This document shows, one piece after another, positions 15,800 to 25,356 of a stretch of 51,576 nucleotides of DNA. The notes beneath the pieces were generated by a model. The model made no database searches, was not told where the DNA came from, and saw only the letters and a list, made by a program, of their open reading frames with translations. Source of the stretch: a virus. Its lineage: Duplodnaviria; Caudoviricetes. How positions within the stretch are numbered: position 1 is the first letter of the stretch; every line of letters begins with the position of its first letter. The translations under genes were made by a program, and so were the position numbers. The stretch is from positions 1 to 51,576 of the IMG/VR virus record IMGVR_UViG_3300038330_000010; one strand, 5' to 3'.

Positions 15800-16084
15800 G
15801 TGACTGAGGAAACTCATGGGACGGCAGCAGAAGAAGCTGTGGGCCTGGTCTACGGCGACAGAGCAAAGACCTACGGTCACCCGGCCGATGTGTACGAGAA
15901 GGTCGCAGAGCTATGGTCTGGGTACCTAGAGCAGAGCGTCACGGCAAAGGATGTAGCCTTGCTGATGGTTCTGTTCAAGCTAGGCCGGTTCATTGAGAGG
16001 CCCAACAGAGACAGTCTGGTAGATGCTCACGGCTATCTGCTGGTGTGGGAGAGGATAGACAGAAGGAGTACCGGAGAGGAATGA
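15800..16084 (+). CDS. DUF6378-like protein
   Basis: GDRAKTYGHP...VAELWSGYL...DVALLMVLFKLGR...DSLVDAHGY. Confidence 0.85.
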   Translation: MTEETHGTAAEEAVGLVYGDRAKTYGHPADVYEKVAELWSGYLEQSVTAKDVALLMVLFKLGRFIERPNRDSLVDAHGYLLVWERIDRRSTGEE

Positions 16085-16500
16085 AGATAACACCCAAGAT
16101 GAACAGACCATTACAGTTCCATGAATTGCGAACCTTTCAGCTATACCACAGGGCTTGGCTGGAACACAACTTCCCGAACCAGAAGCCACACGAAGCATTG
16201 CTCGGTCTGGGTGAGGAGGTGGGCGAGTTGATGCATGCCCATCTAAAGAGGGATCAGGGTATAAGAGGAGTGGATGATGTAGCCTATAGAAACGGTGCGA
16301 TGGATGCTGTCGGGGACATAATGATCTACCTTGCCAGCTACTGCAACACCAACAACTTGGACATGGCGAAGTGCCTGATGTATGCATGGGAGGAAGTACG
16401 TGCCAGAGACTGGATCAAATACCCCAAAACGGGTGTTGCCCCAACCGAACAGCCCACGAATGCGGAATCAAGTCAGGGAGATTCGGGCTATTCTGAGTGA
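16081..16500 (+). CDS. MazG-like dNTP pyrophosphohydrolase
   Basis: GEEVGEL...DAVGDIMIYL acidic motifs. Confidence 0.88.
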   Translation: MKITPKMNRPLQFHELRTFQLYHRAWLEHNFPNQKPHEALLGLGEEVGELMHAHLKRDQGIRGVDDVAYRNGAMDAVGDIMIYLASYCNTNNLDMAKCLMYAWEEVRARDWIKYPKTGVAPTEQPTNAESSQGDSGYSE

Positions 16501-16565
16501 AACCTTTGAGGACGTTGATTATGTGGACTTTGACGAGTTGGCCTTGCAGATATGGAGAGTGACCC

Positions 16566-16850
16566 GTGGTTGACCGTGGCATATACCCGAAGTTTTTGGT
16601 ATTCGAGCATCCTGACGAGGAGGTACAGGACGTCCGTGTCACCTACTTCCACAAGCACAGACTGCCTGACAGTCCTGTCGTAACCAACCTGCACCAGCAC
16701 TACGCCCCGCCGTTGGATGACTTCGTGTTTGTCCTGAAGCCCATCTCCGACAAGCATGCCCGAGTAGCTCTGGCTGCCTACGCTGAGTCAGTCAAGGAAG
16801 AGAAGCCGAACCTGTCCAACGATATTCGTGAGGTGCTGGATGACTTCTAA
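16566..16850 (+). CDS. Hypothetical phage protein
   Basis: FVLKP..DKHARVALAAYA motif recurrent in phage nucleotide-metabolism loci. Confidence 0.7.
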   Translation: MVDRGIYPKFLVFEHPDEEVQDVRVTYFHKHRLPDSPVVTNLHQHYAPPLDDFVFVLKPISDKHARVALAAYAESVKEEKPNLSNDIREVLDDF

Positions 16851-17148
16851 ACCTAACCGTGACCAACTAACCGAAGCCCTGGCCCTACATCAGCGAGCGT
16901 TGTCAGCATTGGCGCTGGAACTGCCTGCCCAAGTGTTCGAGGACTACAAAGCCATTGCGACCGTATTGGATGAAGCTGCTCGTTGGGCTAGGGACTTCCC
17001 CACCGACGTACAAGTAGAAGCCTGCGCTAAGGCTCTCTGCCTCTATGCGTGGGGCGCTGACAAATGGGAGGACGATCACAAGGGCATGTGGCGAGAACAA
17101 GCGAGGGCTGCGTTGGAGGCGGTAACCATGATCGGAGACAACCAGTGA
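16840..17148 (+). CDS. Hypothetical protein
   Basis: GAGGTG RBS; WREQARAALEA tail. Confidence 0.6.
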   Translation: MTSKPNRDQLTEALALHQRALSALALELPAQVFEDYKAIATVLDEAARWARDFPTDVQVEACAKALCLYAWGADKWEDDHKGMWREQARAALEAVTMIGDNQ

Positions 17149-17993
17149 CCTTTAAGGTAGTAAGAGCCCACGACTTGACCTCATTGTGGGCCAAGAATGT
17201 ACGCCAGCATCTGTATCGGGAAGAGGTTGACCTGTATCTGGGTATCGGTACCAACCTCAATGACATGGTACTGAAGGCAGACTCTGCGGAGTACGACTTC
17301 AACCTGCAAGAGTTGTGGTTGAACAAGCAACGTTGGACCAGGCTGATTCGGGAATACATCGACCCGTATGAGTTGTCCAGGTTTGTCAAGAATAGCCACA
17401 TCATCTACAACGGTAAGGGAAAGAATGGAGTTGTCACCAATATGCATTTCCGTTCAGTCGACCGCCGAGCCGACCTCCGACGCCACAAGTGGGGCAACTG
17501 CTTACTGGCCGCTACGTTTAGAGGTACACCGAATTCCAGAGTGCCGCCAACACTTACACTTCACAGCCGAGTCTCATACAATGCCTATATGCTCGGTATG
17601 GATATGGGAGTGGCTCACGCAATTGCTCGGGAGATTGCCGACCCCGCCACTATTGCAATCCAATGGCATTTGGATGTCATGCAACTCCATTCCTTCAAGT
17701 GTCTGCCCTACCTGTATACACAACCAGACCTAATGGAGGTGCTAGAGGACAGGGATCATCTCACTGAGCTGGCTTTGCAGTTCCCTACCTGGAAGAGCAT
17801 CTCCCGTTGGTGGTGGAAGGTATTGCAGTTCGAGGATGAAGGCAAGACTGTAGCGGCTGAGTTGTACGGGCCCTTCAAGAGGATCCGCAGAAGGTACGAG
17901 GAGTATCAGCGTGGGATTACCGTGCCATCGGTACACATCTCGGAGCTGGACTTCAGCAAACTAGGAGATGGTTATAGTGCTAAGAGACCGTAA
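17145..17993 (+). CDS. Divergent thymidylate-synthase-fold protein (dCMP-type Asp)
   Basis: WGNCLLAATF (catalytic-Cys strand), LHSRVSYNAYMLGMD (R..+11 Asp), WHLDVMQLH. Confidence 0.65.
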   Translation: MTFKVVRAHDLTSLWAKNVRQHLYREEVDLYLGIGTNLNDMVLKADSAEYDFNLQELWLNKQRWTRLIREYIDPYELSRFVKNSHIIYNGKGKNGVVTNMHFRSVDRRADLRRHKWGNCLLAATFRGTPNSRVPPTLTLHSRVSYNAYMLGMDMGVAHAIAREIADPATIAIQWHLDVMQLHSFKCLPYLYTQPDLMEVLEDRDHLTELALQFPTWKSISRWWWKVLQFEDEGKTVAAELYGPFKRIRRRYEEYQRGITVPSVHISELDFSKLGDGYSAKRP

Positions 17994-18735
17994 GGATGTT
18001 GACCATCAGCTTCGCAAGAGGTTTATCCAGACAGGTGAGGTAGTCAACCGGGAAGAGTGGCAAGCCATGAGGGACGATCGTCCCATGACTGTCACCTATG
18101 AGATTGCCGACGTTGATCTGGAGATACCTGTACCCCTGGCCATTGATCTATGGCAGGACGTGTGCCAACCAAATCTCCCCTGGGCTGAGGATCACTTCAA
18201 GGAGCGAGTTGGGGGTGTACCCCTCAACCCGGGGGAGCAATACAAGAACTGGCCTTGGTATGAGCAAGGGGTAGAGGAACACAAAGGCACAGGTAAGTTC
18301 AGTCACACCTACATGGAGAGAATGTGGGGTGATGCAGCGGCCACACTGGATGGGGTAGTCAAGCTCCTGAGGGAAAGACCTATGACCCGCCAGGCATATT
18401 GCACAATATGGTGGCCAATAGATGTGATGAACTCCAACCTCAGTCGGCGTGTGCCATGTTCTCTCGGGTACCTGTTCCAGTTCAGACCAGAAACACAGTC
18501 CTTCGATATGTGGTACTACATGAGGTCGGTAGACTTCTATCGTTACCTGTGGGACGACATCTACATGGCCGGGCGCTTGCTTCAGTGGGTCAGGAGGAAG
18601 GCACACATCGAAGCGCCCATCGGTTCAGTCCACCTGAAGATAGCCAACCTCCACGTGTTTGCTGCCGAGCAGAGCAGACTGGAAGAGGAGTTCAAGACAG
18701 AGGAAAGGGATAGGTTGAACAATGCTTTCCGATAG
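17968..18735 (+). CDS. Thymidylate-synthase-fold dCMP (hydroxy)methylase-like enzyme
   Basis: TRQA, VPCSLGYLFQFR, YMRSVDFYRYLWDD (Asp at the E. coli ThyA N177 position), IANLHVF. Confidence 0.85.
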   Translation: MVIVLRDRKDVDHQLRKRFIQTGEVVNREEWQAMRDDRPMTVTYEIADVDLEIPVPLAIDLWQDVCQPNLPWAEDHFKERVGGVPLNPGEQYKNWPWYEQGVEEHKGTGKFSHTYMERMWGDAAATLDGVVKLLRERPMTRQAYCTIWWPIDVMNSNLSRRVPCSLGYLFQFRPETQSFDMWYYMRSVDFYRYLWDDIYMAGRLLQWVRRKAHIEAPIGSVHLKIANLHVFAAEQSRLEEEFKTEERDRLNNAFR

Positions 18736-19282
18736 CCATTTCATGGACGTGGCCGGGGTTATCTCCGACGCAGGCACATGCTCCCGGCTGCAGGTTGGGG
18801 CAGTGATCGTCAGGGATAGGCGCATCATCTCCACAGGATACAATGGTGCCCCTAAAGGTATGCCTCACTGTGACCACAGTAACCCAGATGATTTAAGGTT
18901 TACTACCATTATGGGCGGCTGTGTTGTGTCGGTACATGCTGAAGCCAATGCCATTTGCTATGCAGCCAAGACCGGGATAGCCACAGATAAGGCCAGTCTC
19001 TACACCACAGATGCACCGTGCCAGAAATGCGCGGAGTTGATCGTCAACGCCGGGATAATCGAGGTGATATATGGAAGAGAATACAGAATCCGTGACGGGC
19101 TCGATCTCCTTAAAGCAGCTAGGGTCCACGTTACGAGCATTGAGCAATCCAGCCTGCACTTTATGCCCCCTGCACCAGGACACGGACCGAGTGTGCATCC
19201 CAGTCAACAGTCCGACCCGAGCTTTGAAGAAGGATGGACAGCAGCTGCGGATGCTCATCGTCGGGGAGGCCCCAGGGTATAG
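18722..19282 (+). CDS. dCMP deaminase
   Basis: TCSRLQVGAVIV...GYNG...HAEANA...PCQKC; the C-terminal extension overlaps the polymerase gene. Confidence 0.93.
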   Translation: MLSDSHFMDVAGVISDAGTCSRLQVGAVIVRDRRIISTGYNGAPKGMPHCDHSNPDDLRFTTIMGGCVVSVHAEANAICYAAKTGIATDKASLYTTDAPCQKCAELIVNAGIIEVIYGREYRIRDGLDLLKAARVHVTSIEQSSLHFMPPAPGHGPSVHPSQQSDPSFEEGWTAAADAHRRGGPRV

Positions 19283-21551
19283 TGAGGAGAGGACTGGGCA
19301 GTTATTTTCTGGCAATGCGGGACAGCTTCTCGACCGGGAACTGGAGAGGGTAGACCTCAAGCGTGAGTGGTTCTTCGTTACCAACGCCGTCAAATGTAGG
19401 CCCGAAGATAACCGCGCACCAACGCCGAAGGAAATCAAGACCTGTGTCAGTAGTTACCTTATCAAGGAACTGGCAGAGATACAACCACAGTTTGGGCTCT
19501 TACTTGGCAACGGTGCGTGCCAGGCGATACTCGGGAAGAAGGGGATAACCCAGTTCAATGGCCAGATCATTGAGCGGCACGGTGTGAAGTGGGTGCCGGT
19601 CTTTCATCCGGCCGCTGTGTTGCGTAACCCAAGGTACCTATCACCTTTCAAGGCAGCCCTGCTAATCTTCGCCCGGTTGCTACGGGATGAAGAAGGAGTT
19701 CCCCTCACCGAGACCACGCTGGTAGACGACAAGGACAAGCTGCGTGAACTGGTAGAGGCCTTGAAGGGTGCGGAGAGGGGTGCCCTTGATGTGGAAACGT
19801 GGTCGAGTCACCCACCTGTAGGTAGATTCAAGGGGGGAGGACTTGCGTGGTGGCACCATGACTGGAAGCTGTGTACCATCAACTTCTCGGTCAAGCCTGG
19901 CTACTCCTACGTCTTACCTCTGTGGCATTATCAGAGCCCATGGAAAGACCCGCAGAAGGTAGTGGACATCATCAAGCCGCACGTTGAGGCAGTGAAGTGG
20001 ACCATGCACAATGGCAAGTATGACTCCAAGTGTCTGTGGCGAATTGGCATCGACACCATCCATGACTACGACACCATGGGTGCTGAGTATGCCATCGACG
20101 AGAACAACATGAAGGACTTAGGCTTTATGTCTAAGGTATACCTAGGGGCACCAGACTATAAGGACATGGTCAACAAGGGGAACGTGTTCTATGAGCCATT
20201 AGACCTGCTCAGTGAGTACGGAGGACGTGATTCCGATTACACCTACCGGCTCCGAGACCTGACCAAACGCAAGCTGCAATCCGACTTCAATAGCTGGCGG
20301 CTTTATCGCACGCTACTACTGCGAGCAGATCAAACCTTGACTCGCATTGAGTACCAGGGCATGCCACTGGATATGCCCAAGCTAGAGGATCGCACGATTG
20401 AGTGCGAGAAGTTGGTTGCCGAAGTAACGGAGGAAGTATATGACCTTACCGGATGGGAATTTAACATCAACAGCCCGGCCCAAGTCGGTGATATCCTCTT
20501 TAATCACCTGGATTTTCCCGTTCTGGAACTTACCAGAACTAAGAAACCCTCCACTAGAGAAGGTGTCCTTCTACAACTTCGGGGACTGGATGAGTCAGGT
20601 GTCATGGAGGCCATCCTTAGATACCGAAAGTATCAAGGTTATATTAGCCGATACTTCACCCCCTATCCTGTGCTTAGTGATGATGCCGGGAGAATCCACT
20701 GCCACTTCAAACCATTTCATACCGTTACCGGACGGCTCTCAAGTGAACATCCGAATCTTCAACAGGTTCCGCGGGATACGTTTGTCCGTGGACTATTCGG
20801 ACATCGAGAAGATGGGTGGGTCATCCTAGAGGCTGACTATAGCCAGGTCGAGATGCGACTGGCCGCACACTACAGCCAGGACAAGACACTAGGAAGGATC
20901 TTCAACTCCGGCCGGGACGTTCATATGGAAATGGCTATGAACATGACAGGCAAGGCTAAGGAGGACGTCACATCTGAGGAGAGGAAGATGGCTAAGGCCA
21001 TTAACTTCGGGTTCCTTTACGGGATGGGCTGGAAGAAGTTCATCACCTATGCGGCAGAGAACTACGAGGTTAAGGTCAGCGAGGCTAAGGCACAGAAAGC
21101 CCGTCGGGAATTCTTTCAATCTTACCGTCAGCTTCAGCCATGGCACGCTAGGCAGCGGGCGAAGGCGGAGAAGAATGGGTATGTTGTCTCCAGCATTGGC
21201 AGGAAGCGACACCTGCATGACATCCACAGCAGCAACGAGGACATCCGTGCAGAGGCACAGCGTCAGGCAATCAACTCACCTGTCCAGTCACTGGCTTCGG
21301 ATATGATGCTCCTTGCTATGTGTGAGCTAGAGGACATTCTACCTGTAGATGAATGCCGTAGTATTTCAACCGTGCATGACTCGATCCTCTTTGAGGTGAG
21401 GGAAGATGCTGTCAGCAGATGGGCACCAGTCATTAAGGAGGTGATGGAAAACCTACCCCTGGAAGATCAATTCGACACCCGACTAACGGTGCCCATAGTA
21501 GCTGATCTAAAGGTAGGCCCTTACTGGTCAGAGGGTACCACTACGATTTGA
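19071..21551 (+). CDS. Family A DNA polymerase with N-terminal family-4 UDG domain and 3'-5' exonuclease
   Basis: CxxC, GEAPG, NAVKCRP, HPAAVLR (UDG4); DVET, HNGKYD (exonuclease); DYSQVEMR, KAINFGFLYG, VHDS (PolA). The true start may be TTG 19140. Confidence 0.95.
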   Translation: MEENTESVTGSISLKQLGSTLRALSNPACTLCPLHQDTDRVCIPVNSPTRALKKDGQQLRMLIVGEAPGYSEERTGQLFSGNAGQLLDRELERVDLKREWFFVTNAVKCRPEDNRAPTPKEIKTCVSSYLIKELAEIQPQFGLLLGNGACQAILGKKGITQFNGQIIERHGVKWVPVFHPAAVLRNPRYLSPFKAALLIFARLLRDEEGVPLTETTLVDDKDKLRELVEALKGAERGALDVETWSSHPPVGRFKGGGLAWWHHDWKLCTINFSVKPGYSYVLPLWHYQSPWKDPQKVVDIIKPHVEAVKWTMHNGKYDSKCLWRIGIDTIHDYDTMGAEYAIDENNMKDLGFMSKVYLGAPDYKDMVNKGNVFYEPLDLLSEYGGRDSDYTYRLRDLTKRKLQSDFNSWRLYRTLLLRADQTLTRIEYQGMPLDMPKLEDRTIECEKLVAEVTEEVYDLTGWEFNINSPAQVGDILFNHLDFPVLELTRTKKPSTREGVLLQLRGLDESGVMEAILRYRKYQGYISRYFTPYPVLSDDAGRIHCHFKPFHTVTGRLSSEHPNLQQVPRDTFVRGLFGHREDGWVILEADYSQVEMRLAAHYSQDKTLGRIFNSGRDVHMEMAMNMTGKAKEDVTSEERKMAKAINFGFLYGMGWKKFITYAAENYEVKVSEAKAQKARREFFQSYRQLQPWHARQRAKAEKNGYVVSSIGRKRHLHDIHSSNEDIRAEAQRQAINSPVQSLASDMMLLAMCELEDILPVDECRSISTVHDSILFEVREDAVSRWAPVIKEVMENLPLEDQFDTRLTVPIVADLKVGPYWSEGTTTI

Positions 21552-21575
21552 CCCAGGTTGTCGGAATATTACAAT
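21548..21575 (+). promoter_or_regulatory. Promoter for the recombination module
   Basis: TTGACC-16 nt-TACAAT. Confidence 0.55.
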
Positions 21576-22658
21576 CTGTCTGAGAGCAGCGAACGCCAGG
21601 AAGGAAGCCAGCAGTTGTCCAATTTGGTTATCAGCCAGTCGTCGGTCAAGAAATTCCGACGGTGCAAACGGCAGTATTACTACTCCGTCGTAGAACAGTT
21701 GGAGGTTCGGCTACAAGACCCGAAGCTCAAAGCAGGCAACTGGGTACACGGTCTTATGAATGTCCACTATGACGGGGGAGACTGGCGCAAGGAACACAAG
21801 AAGCGGACCAAGGAGTTCAACAACCTGTTCCTGGAAGAACGTGAGTATTACGGTGACTTGCCAGGCATGGCAGAGCGCATGATGGAGGGTTATCTCAACC
21901 ACTACAAAGATGTGGAGAAAGACTGGGAGGTACTGAGCAATGAGCAAACCTACATCGGCACGTTCGATGGGGAGTATGAGTTCTCCTTCAAGCCTGACCT
22001 CATCATCAGAGACCACAGCACACCCAAGCCTGAAGTCTGGATCGTTGACCACAAGACCGTCAAGTCTCTACCGTCGAGTGACTGGCGTATGGAAGACCTT
22101 CAGTCTACGCTGTATCATTGGGCCATCGTTCAGAACACGGATCTAAATCCCAAGGGGTTCCTGTTCAATTACATCAGGCGGAAGGCACCTACAGTACCGA
22201 AGGTCAACAAGGATGGGTCAATCAGCAAGGCCCGTATAGACACTGACTACTTCACGATGGCTAGTTTTCTCCTTGACTACTATCAGGTAGACTCGGTGAA
22301 CAAACTGCCGAAGGACTACAAGGTTCGTCTGAGGAATCTGAAACTGGACAACAGATTCCTGAAGCGGTCCAAGCTAATCAAGCCTGATGTTCTCGTGAGC
22401 CGACAGCTAGAGGAGTTCGGTTACACAGTTCAGGAGATGGAGGTCTGGCATGAGATAGCTGGAGACAATGCCTTGAACCCAGCGAACAAGGACGAGGATC
22501 CATGGGTTAGGACGATGATCCCTAGCTGCGAATGGGATTGTGAGTACCACGACCTGTGCATGGTTGAGCTACTGGGTCAGGACAGTGAGTTCATCCGCAA
22601 GCGCAAGTACCAGCCCAGCAAATACACGGAGGATAGAGGACTTGGCAGTCAAAGATAA
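21558..22658 (+). CDS. PD-(D/E)XK Cas4/RecB-like exonuclease
   Basis: SQSSVKKFRRC, GNWVH, KPDLI...VDHKT, Q..LY, C.W.C.Y..LC; likely start TTG 21615. Confidence 0.9.
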   Translation: MSEYYNLSESSERQEGSQQLSNLVISQSSVKKFRRCKRQYYYSVVEQLEVRLQDPKLKAGNWVHGLMNVHYDGGDWRKEHKKRTKEFNNLFLEEREYYGDLPGMAERMMEGYLNHYKDVEKDWEVLSNEQTYIGTFDGEYEFSFKPDLIIRDHSTPKPEVWIVDHKTVKSLPSSDWRMEDLQSTLYHWAIVQNTDLNPKGFLFNYIRRKAPTVPKVNKDGSISKARIDTDYFTMASFLLDYYQVDSVNKLPKDYKVRLRNLKLDNRFLKRSKLIKPDVLVSRQLEEFGYTVQEMEVWHEIAGDNALNPANKDEDPWVRTMIPSCEWDCEYHDLCMVELLGQDSEFIRKRKYQPSKYTEDRGLGSQR

Positions 22659-23454
22659 ACGGATCGCTCGCCTAGCAGAAATCCAGAAGTTAATCCAACC
22701 AGTCTCATCCATCAACTCACCTCTGCATCATCTGGTGTGGGGTAGAGTCAAGTCAGGTAAGACCAGGTACATAGCCACAGGACCCAACCCAATCGTGTTC
22801 GCCGTTGAGGAGGGGACCAAGACCATCAAGAACTATCCTGGTCTGGATGTCTTCCCGATCAATGAGAAGGGCTACTACGTTACCCCAAAATGGGACCACG
22901 CTTCCAAGTTCGTTTACTACCTGAACTATGCGGACCACAACTACAAGACCGTAGGGGTAGACACGATGTCCGCTCTGTTGAGAGTGGCCATGCGTCACAT
23001 CAACAAGGATGAGGAAGTTCGGGATGAGTTCCGGGCGAAGGGCACTACAGATCGGAGAACGTGGGGTCGGGTTGGGAGCCTGATGAATGACTTTATGGAA
23101 GACCTGGAGGCAGTGTGCAAGACCAGAGGTATGCACCTGATCTATACATGCCAGGAGAGAGTCTTGGATGAGGATAATGCTGAGCAGGCTGGCTCGTACT
23201 ACGTGCCCGACCTACCGCCATCTGTGCGCTCCACAATACTGGAGAAGCCTGATGTTATCAGCAGGTCCTTCATCGAAGAAACGGAAGAGTCAACAGAGGA
23301 GGATGTCAAACTACGGTATGGCCAGATATTCAAGCACCCCGACTGGCCAGTGGGAGTGCGGGAGACAGAGGGTATGAAGCCGTTGCCCTCTCAGTCATTT
23401 AAGGTAACGATACCTATCCTAGCTAAGAGGCTAGGCGCTAGCGTACAGGAGTAA
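22642..23454 (+). CDS. AAA_24/Sak4-like ATPase (recombinase)
   Basis: GRVKSGKT, EEGT, TVGVDTMS; sits between the exonuclease and the SSB. Confidence 0.8.
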   Translation: MAVKDKRIARLAEIQKLIQPVSSINSPLHHLVWGRVKSGKTRYIATGPNPIVFAVEEGTKTIKNYPGLDVFPINEKGYYVTPKWDHASKFVYYLNYADHNYKTVGVDTMSALLRVAMRHINKDEEVRDEFRAKGTTDRRTWGRVGSLMNDFMEDLEAVCKTRGMHLIYTCQERVLDEDNAEQAGSYYVPDLPPSVRSTILEKPDVISRSFIEETEESTEEDVKLRYGQIFKHPDWPVGVRETEGMKPLPSQSFKVTIPILAKRLGASVQE

Positions 23455-23456
23455 TT

Positions 23457-24071
23457 GTGGCAACACAACGTAGGGTTAGTAAAGGTCCGAGTGGTGGGGG
23501 CAAGGGGACGAAAGTCACCAAGGAAGTCCTCTCTGTCAACCTGTCGGGAGTAGAAGCTGGTCGCCGTCGCAAGAGAGTCATCCCTGAGGGTGACTACCAT
23601 GCCATACTTGACAAGGCGTACGGTCACAAGTTCAACCCCGGGTCACGAGGTGTGGTCTGGGAGTTTGTGATCGAGTCCGAAGATCAAAAGGCCAACGGAG
23701 CTCGCTTCTTCCACAACTCGGTGTTCATTGATAAGGACGGAGACGTAATGACCAACAACCTCTGGTCGCTGCGTGCCGTGCTTCAGGCATTCTCGCCAAA
23801 GATCAAGATCCCCGACTCTCTGGTGGAGATTCCTCTCAAGAAACTGATTGGTCGGCACGTTGCCCTGACCATCATCGACGGTGAGGATGACAAGGGAGAG
23901 ACTCGTTCCGAAATCTACGAGGTCTACAACGAGGACGAACTGGTTGAGGCCGACGAGGATGAAGATGAGGACGAGGAAGAAGAGGATGAAGAGGAAGAGG
24001 ATGAGGACGACGAGGAGGAAGAGGACGAGGAAGACGAGGAAGAAGTAGATCTGGACGAGGACGAGCTATAG
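23457..24071 (+). CDS. DUF669-like ssDNA-binding protein with very long acidic tail
   Basis: IPEGDYHAIL...WEFVI...LIGRHV pattern; about 40-residue D/E tail. Confidence 0.78.
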   Translation: MATQRRVSKGPSGGGKGTKVTKEVLSVNLSGVEAGRRRKRVIPEGDYHAILDKAYGHKFNPGSRGVVWEFVIESEDQKANGARFFHNSVFIDKDGDVMTNNLWSLRAVLQAFSPKIKIPDSLVEIPLKKLIGRHVALTIIDGEDDKGETRSEIYEVYNEDELVEADEDEDEDEEEEDEEEEDEDDEEEEDEEDEEEVDLDEDEL

Positions 24072-24107
24072 TTGTAGCTTCTGCTGGCGGCTACGCTGCT
24101 GAGGAGA

Positions 24108-24148
24108 TGGGCAGGTGGGAGTTTCGACTCGCTTTCAACCACCTGCCC
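24108..24148 (+). terminator. Hairpin after the SSB gene (terminator or processing site)
   Basis: GGGCAGGTGG...CCACCTGCCC; no clear U-tract. Confidence 0.5.
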
Positions 24149-24169
24149 TGATCCTTATCTGGAGGTACC

Positions 24170-24487
24170 ATGGTAAGACAGGCTGAAGGTAAGCTGGTAG
24201 ATATGATCCTGGGGGAGCTCAAGAGCCATCACTACATTGACAAATCCGGATGGTGGTTCAAGGTTCACGGTGGACCCATGCAACAGCGTGGCATCCCTGA
24301 CATCATAGGTGTTTACAAAGGAAGGTTCTGTGCGTTTGAGGTCAAGATGCCTGGCAAAGAGGGCGAAACCTCACGCATGCAGGATGCTATCCTGAAGCGT
24401 ATACAAATGGCAGGAGGTATTGCTATGGTAATCACCGAAGCATACGATGCCCTACTAGAATTGAGGAAGATTGACCGCCTCACTTGA
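24170..24487 (+). CDS. VRR-NUC nuclease (Holliday junction resolvase-like)
   Basis: KVHGGPMQQRGIPDII...FEVK...Q...AGG. Confidence 0.9.
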   Translation: MVRQAEGKLVDMILGELKSHHYIDKSGWWFKVHGGPMQQRGIPDIIGVYKGRFCAFEVKMPGKEGETSRMQDAILKRIQMAGGIAMVITEAYDALLELRKIDRLT

Positions 24488-25160
24488 TCGAGCCAATGCT
24501 GCCCTAAGGATTAAGTTCGCCGCAGAGATTAAGGCTGGGTTGATCACCTCCATCGGTACTCAGGGTCAGTGTCGCCGCAAGAACAACACGGCTACCGGTC
24601 CCTACTCAGAACATGCCTGGCCGGGAGGAAATGCATCGGACGTCATGCTTCTGGCTGGACCCACTCGCAAGCCCCTGGGGGACAAGGTAGCTGCCTGGAT
24701 GCGATCACGGCCGGACCTGTGGAGCGAGGTGTTCTGGCAGGTCTTTGCCCACTTCGACCACGTTCATGGCACAGCTAACCCCCGGATGAACTTCGACAAC
24801 CAACAGATCCCACCGTGTGCAGGAGGGGTAACACCACCCACAGGAGAAGATGATATGGACTTTATGATCCGTGTATACAAGGGCCAGAACATGGCCTTCT
24901 ACGAGGCTATGCAGGCTAAGACAGGTGGACCTGAGAAGGGTACCCCTGGAGGCAATGCCAGGTATTGGGGCTCGGACTACGTTCCCCCGGCTGGGCAGGG
25001 CAAGCCGTCACAAACTGAGTGGGAAGCGGCCATCGACGACTTCGTTGGTGCCTCTGCTCAGATCGGTGTGTTCGCCGCACCCTCTACTGGTGTAACTACA
25101 GCCGTAGCGAGGAACATCGCCAAGGAAGAGATTGCCAAGTCGAGGAACGTGCCTAGCTAG
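24471..25160 (+). CDS. Putative endolysin, M15/LAS-type zinc peptidase
   Basis: SEH...GNASD...HFDHVH zinc ligands, PPTGEDDM linker, then a C-terminal domain; adjacent to the holin. Confidence 0.72.
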   Translation: MTASLDRANAALRIKFAAEIKAGLITSIGTQGQCRRKNNTATGPYSEHAWPGGNASDVMLLAGPTRKPLGDKVAAWMRSRPDLWSEVFWQVFAHFDHVHGTANPRMNFDNQQIPPCAGGVTPPTGEDDMDFMIRVYKGQNMAFYEAMQAKTGGPEKGTPGGNARYWGSDYVPPAGQGKPSQTEWEAAIDDFVGASAQIGVFAAPSTGVTTAVARNIAKEEIAKSRNVPS

Positions 25161-25344
25161 GTGGGTGGTTGTTCACTCGCCAGACTACACCATAGACCCC
25201 GCCGGTGTTGACTATGACCAAGAGCCACTCATTCATGGTCACATCGGCGAAGGTCTCATTGCCAGTTACGACCAACAGTAATGAACCAGCCAGAGCCACG
25301 AGACCACCAGCAATAGCCTTTGCCACACTCTTAACGTACTCCAC
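25153..25344 (-). CDS. Holin
   Basis: KAIAGGLVAL...VTMNEWL...VWRVNN, two TM helices, actinophage holin pattern. Confidence 0.8.
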   Translation of the reverse strand: MEYVKSVAKAIAGGLVALAGSLLLVVTGNETFADVTMNEWLLVIVNTGGVYGVVWRVNNHPPS

Positions 25345-25356
25345 TTTCCACCCTTT

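Noticed and set aside
21558-22658. Cas4 as part of a CRISPR-Cas system
   Set aside because: No array or other cas genes; typical phage recombination exonuclease context.
24100-24150. tRNA-like TTCGA loop
   Set aside because: Only a single hairpin; no cloverleaf.
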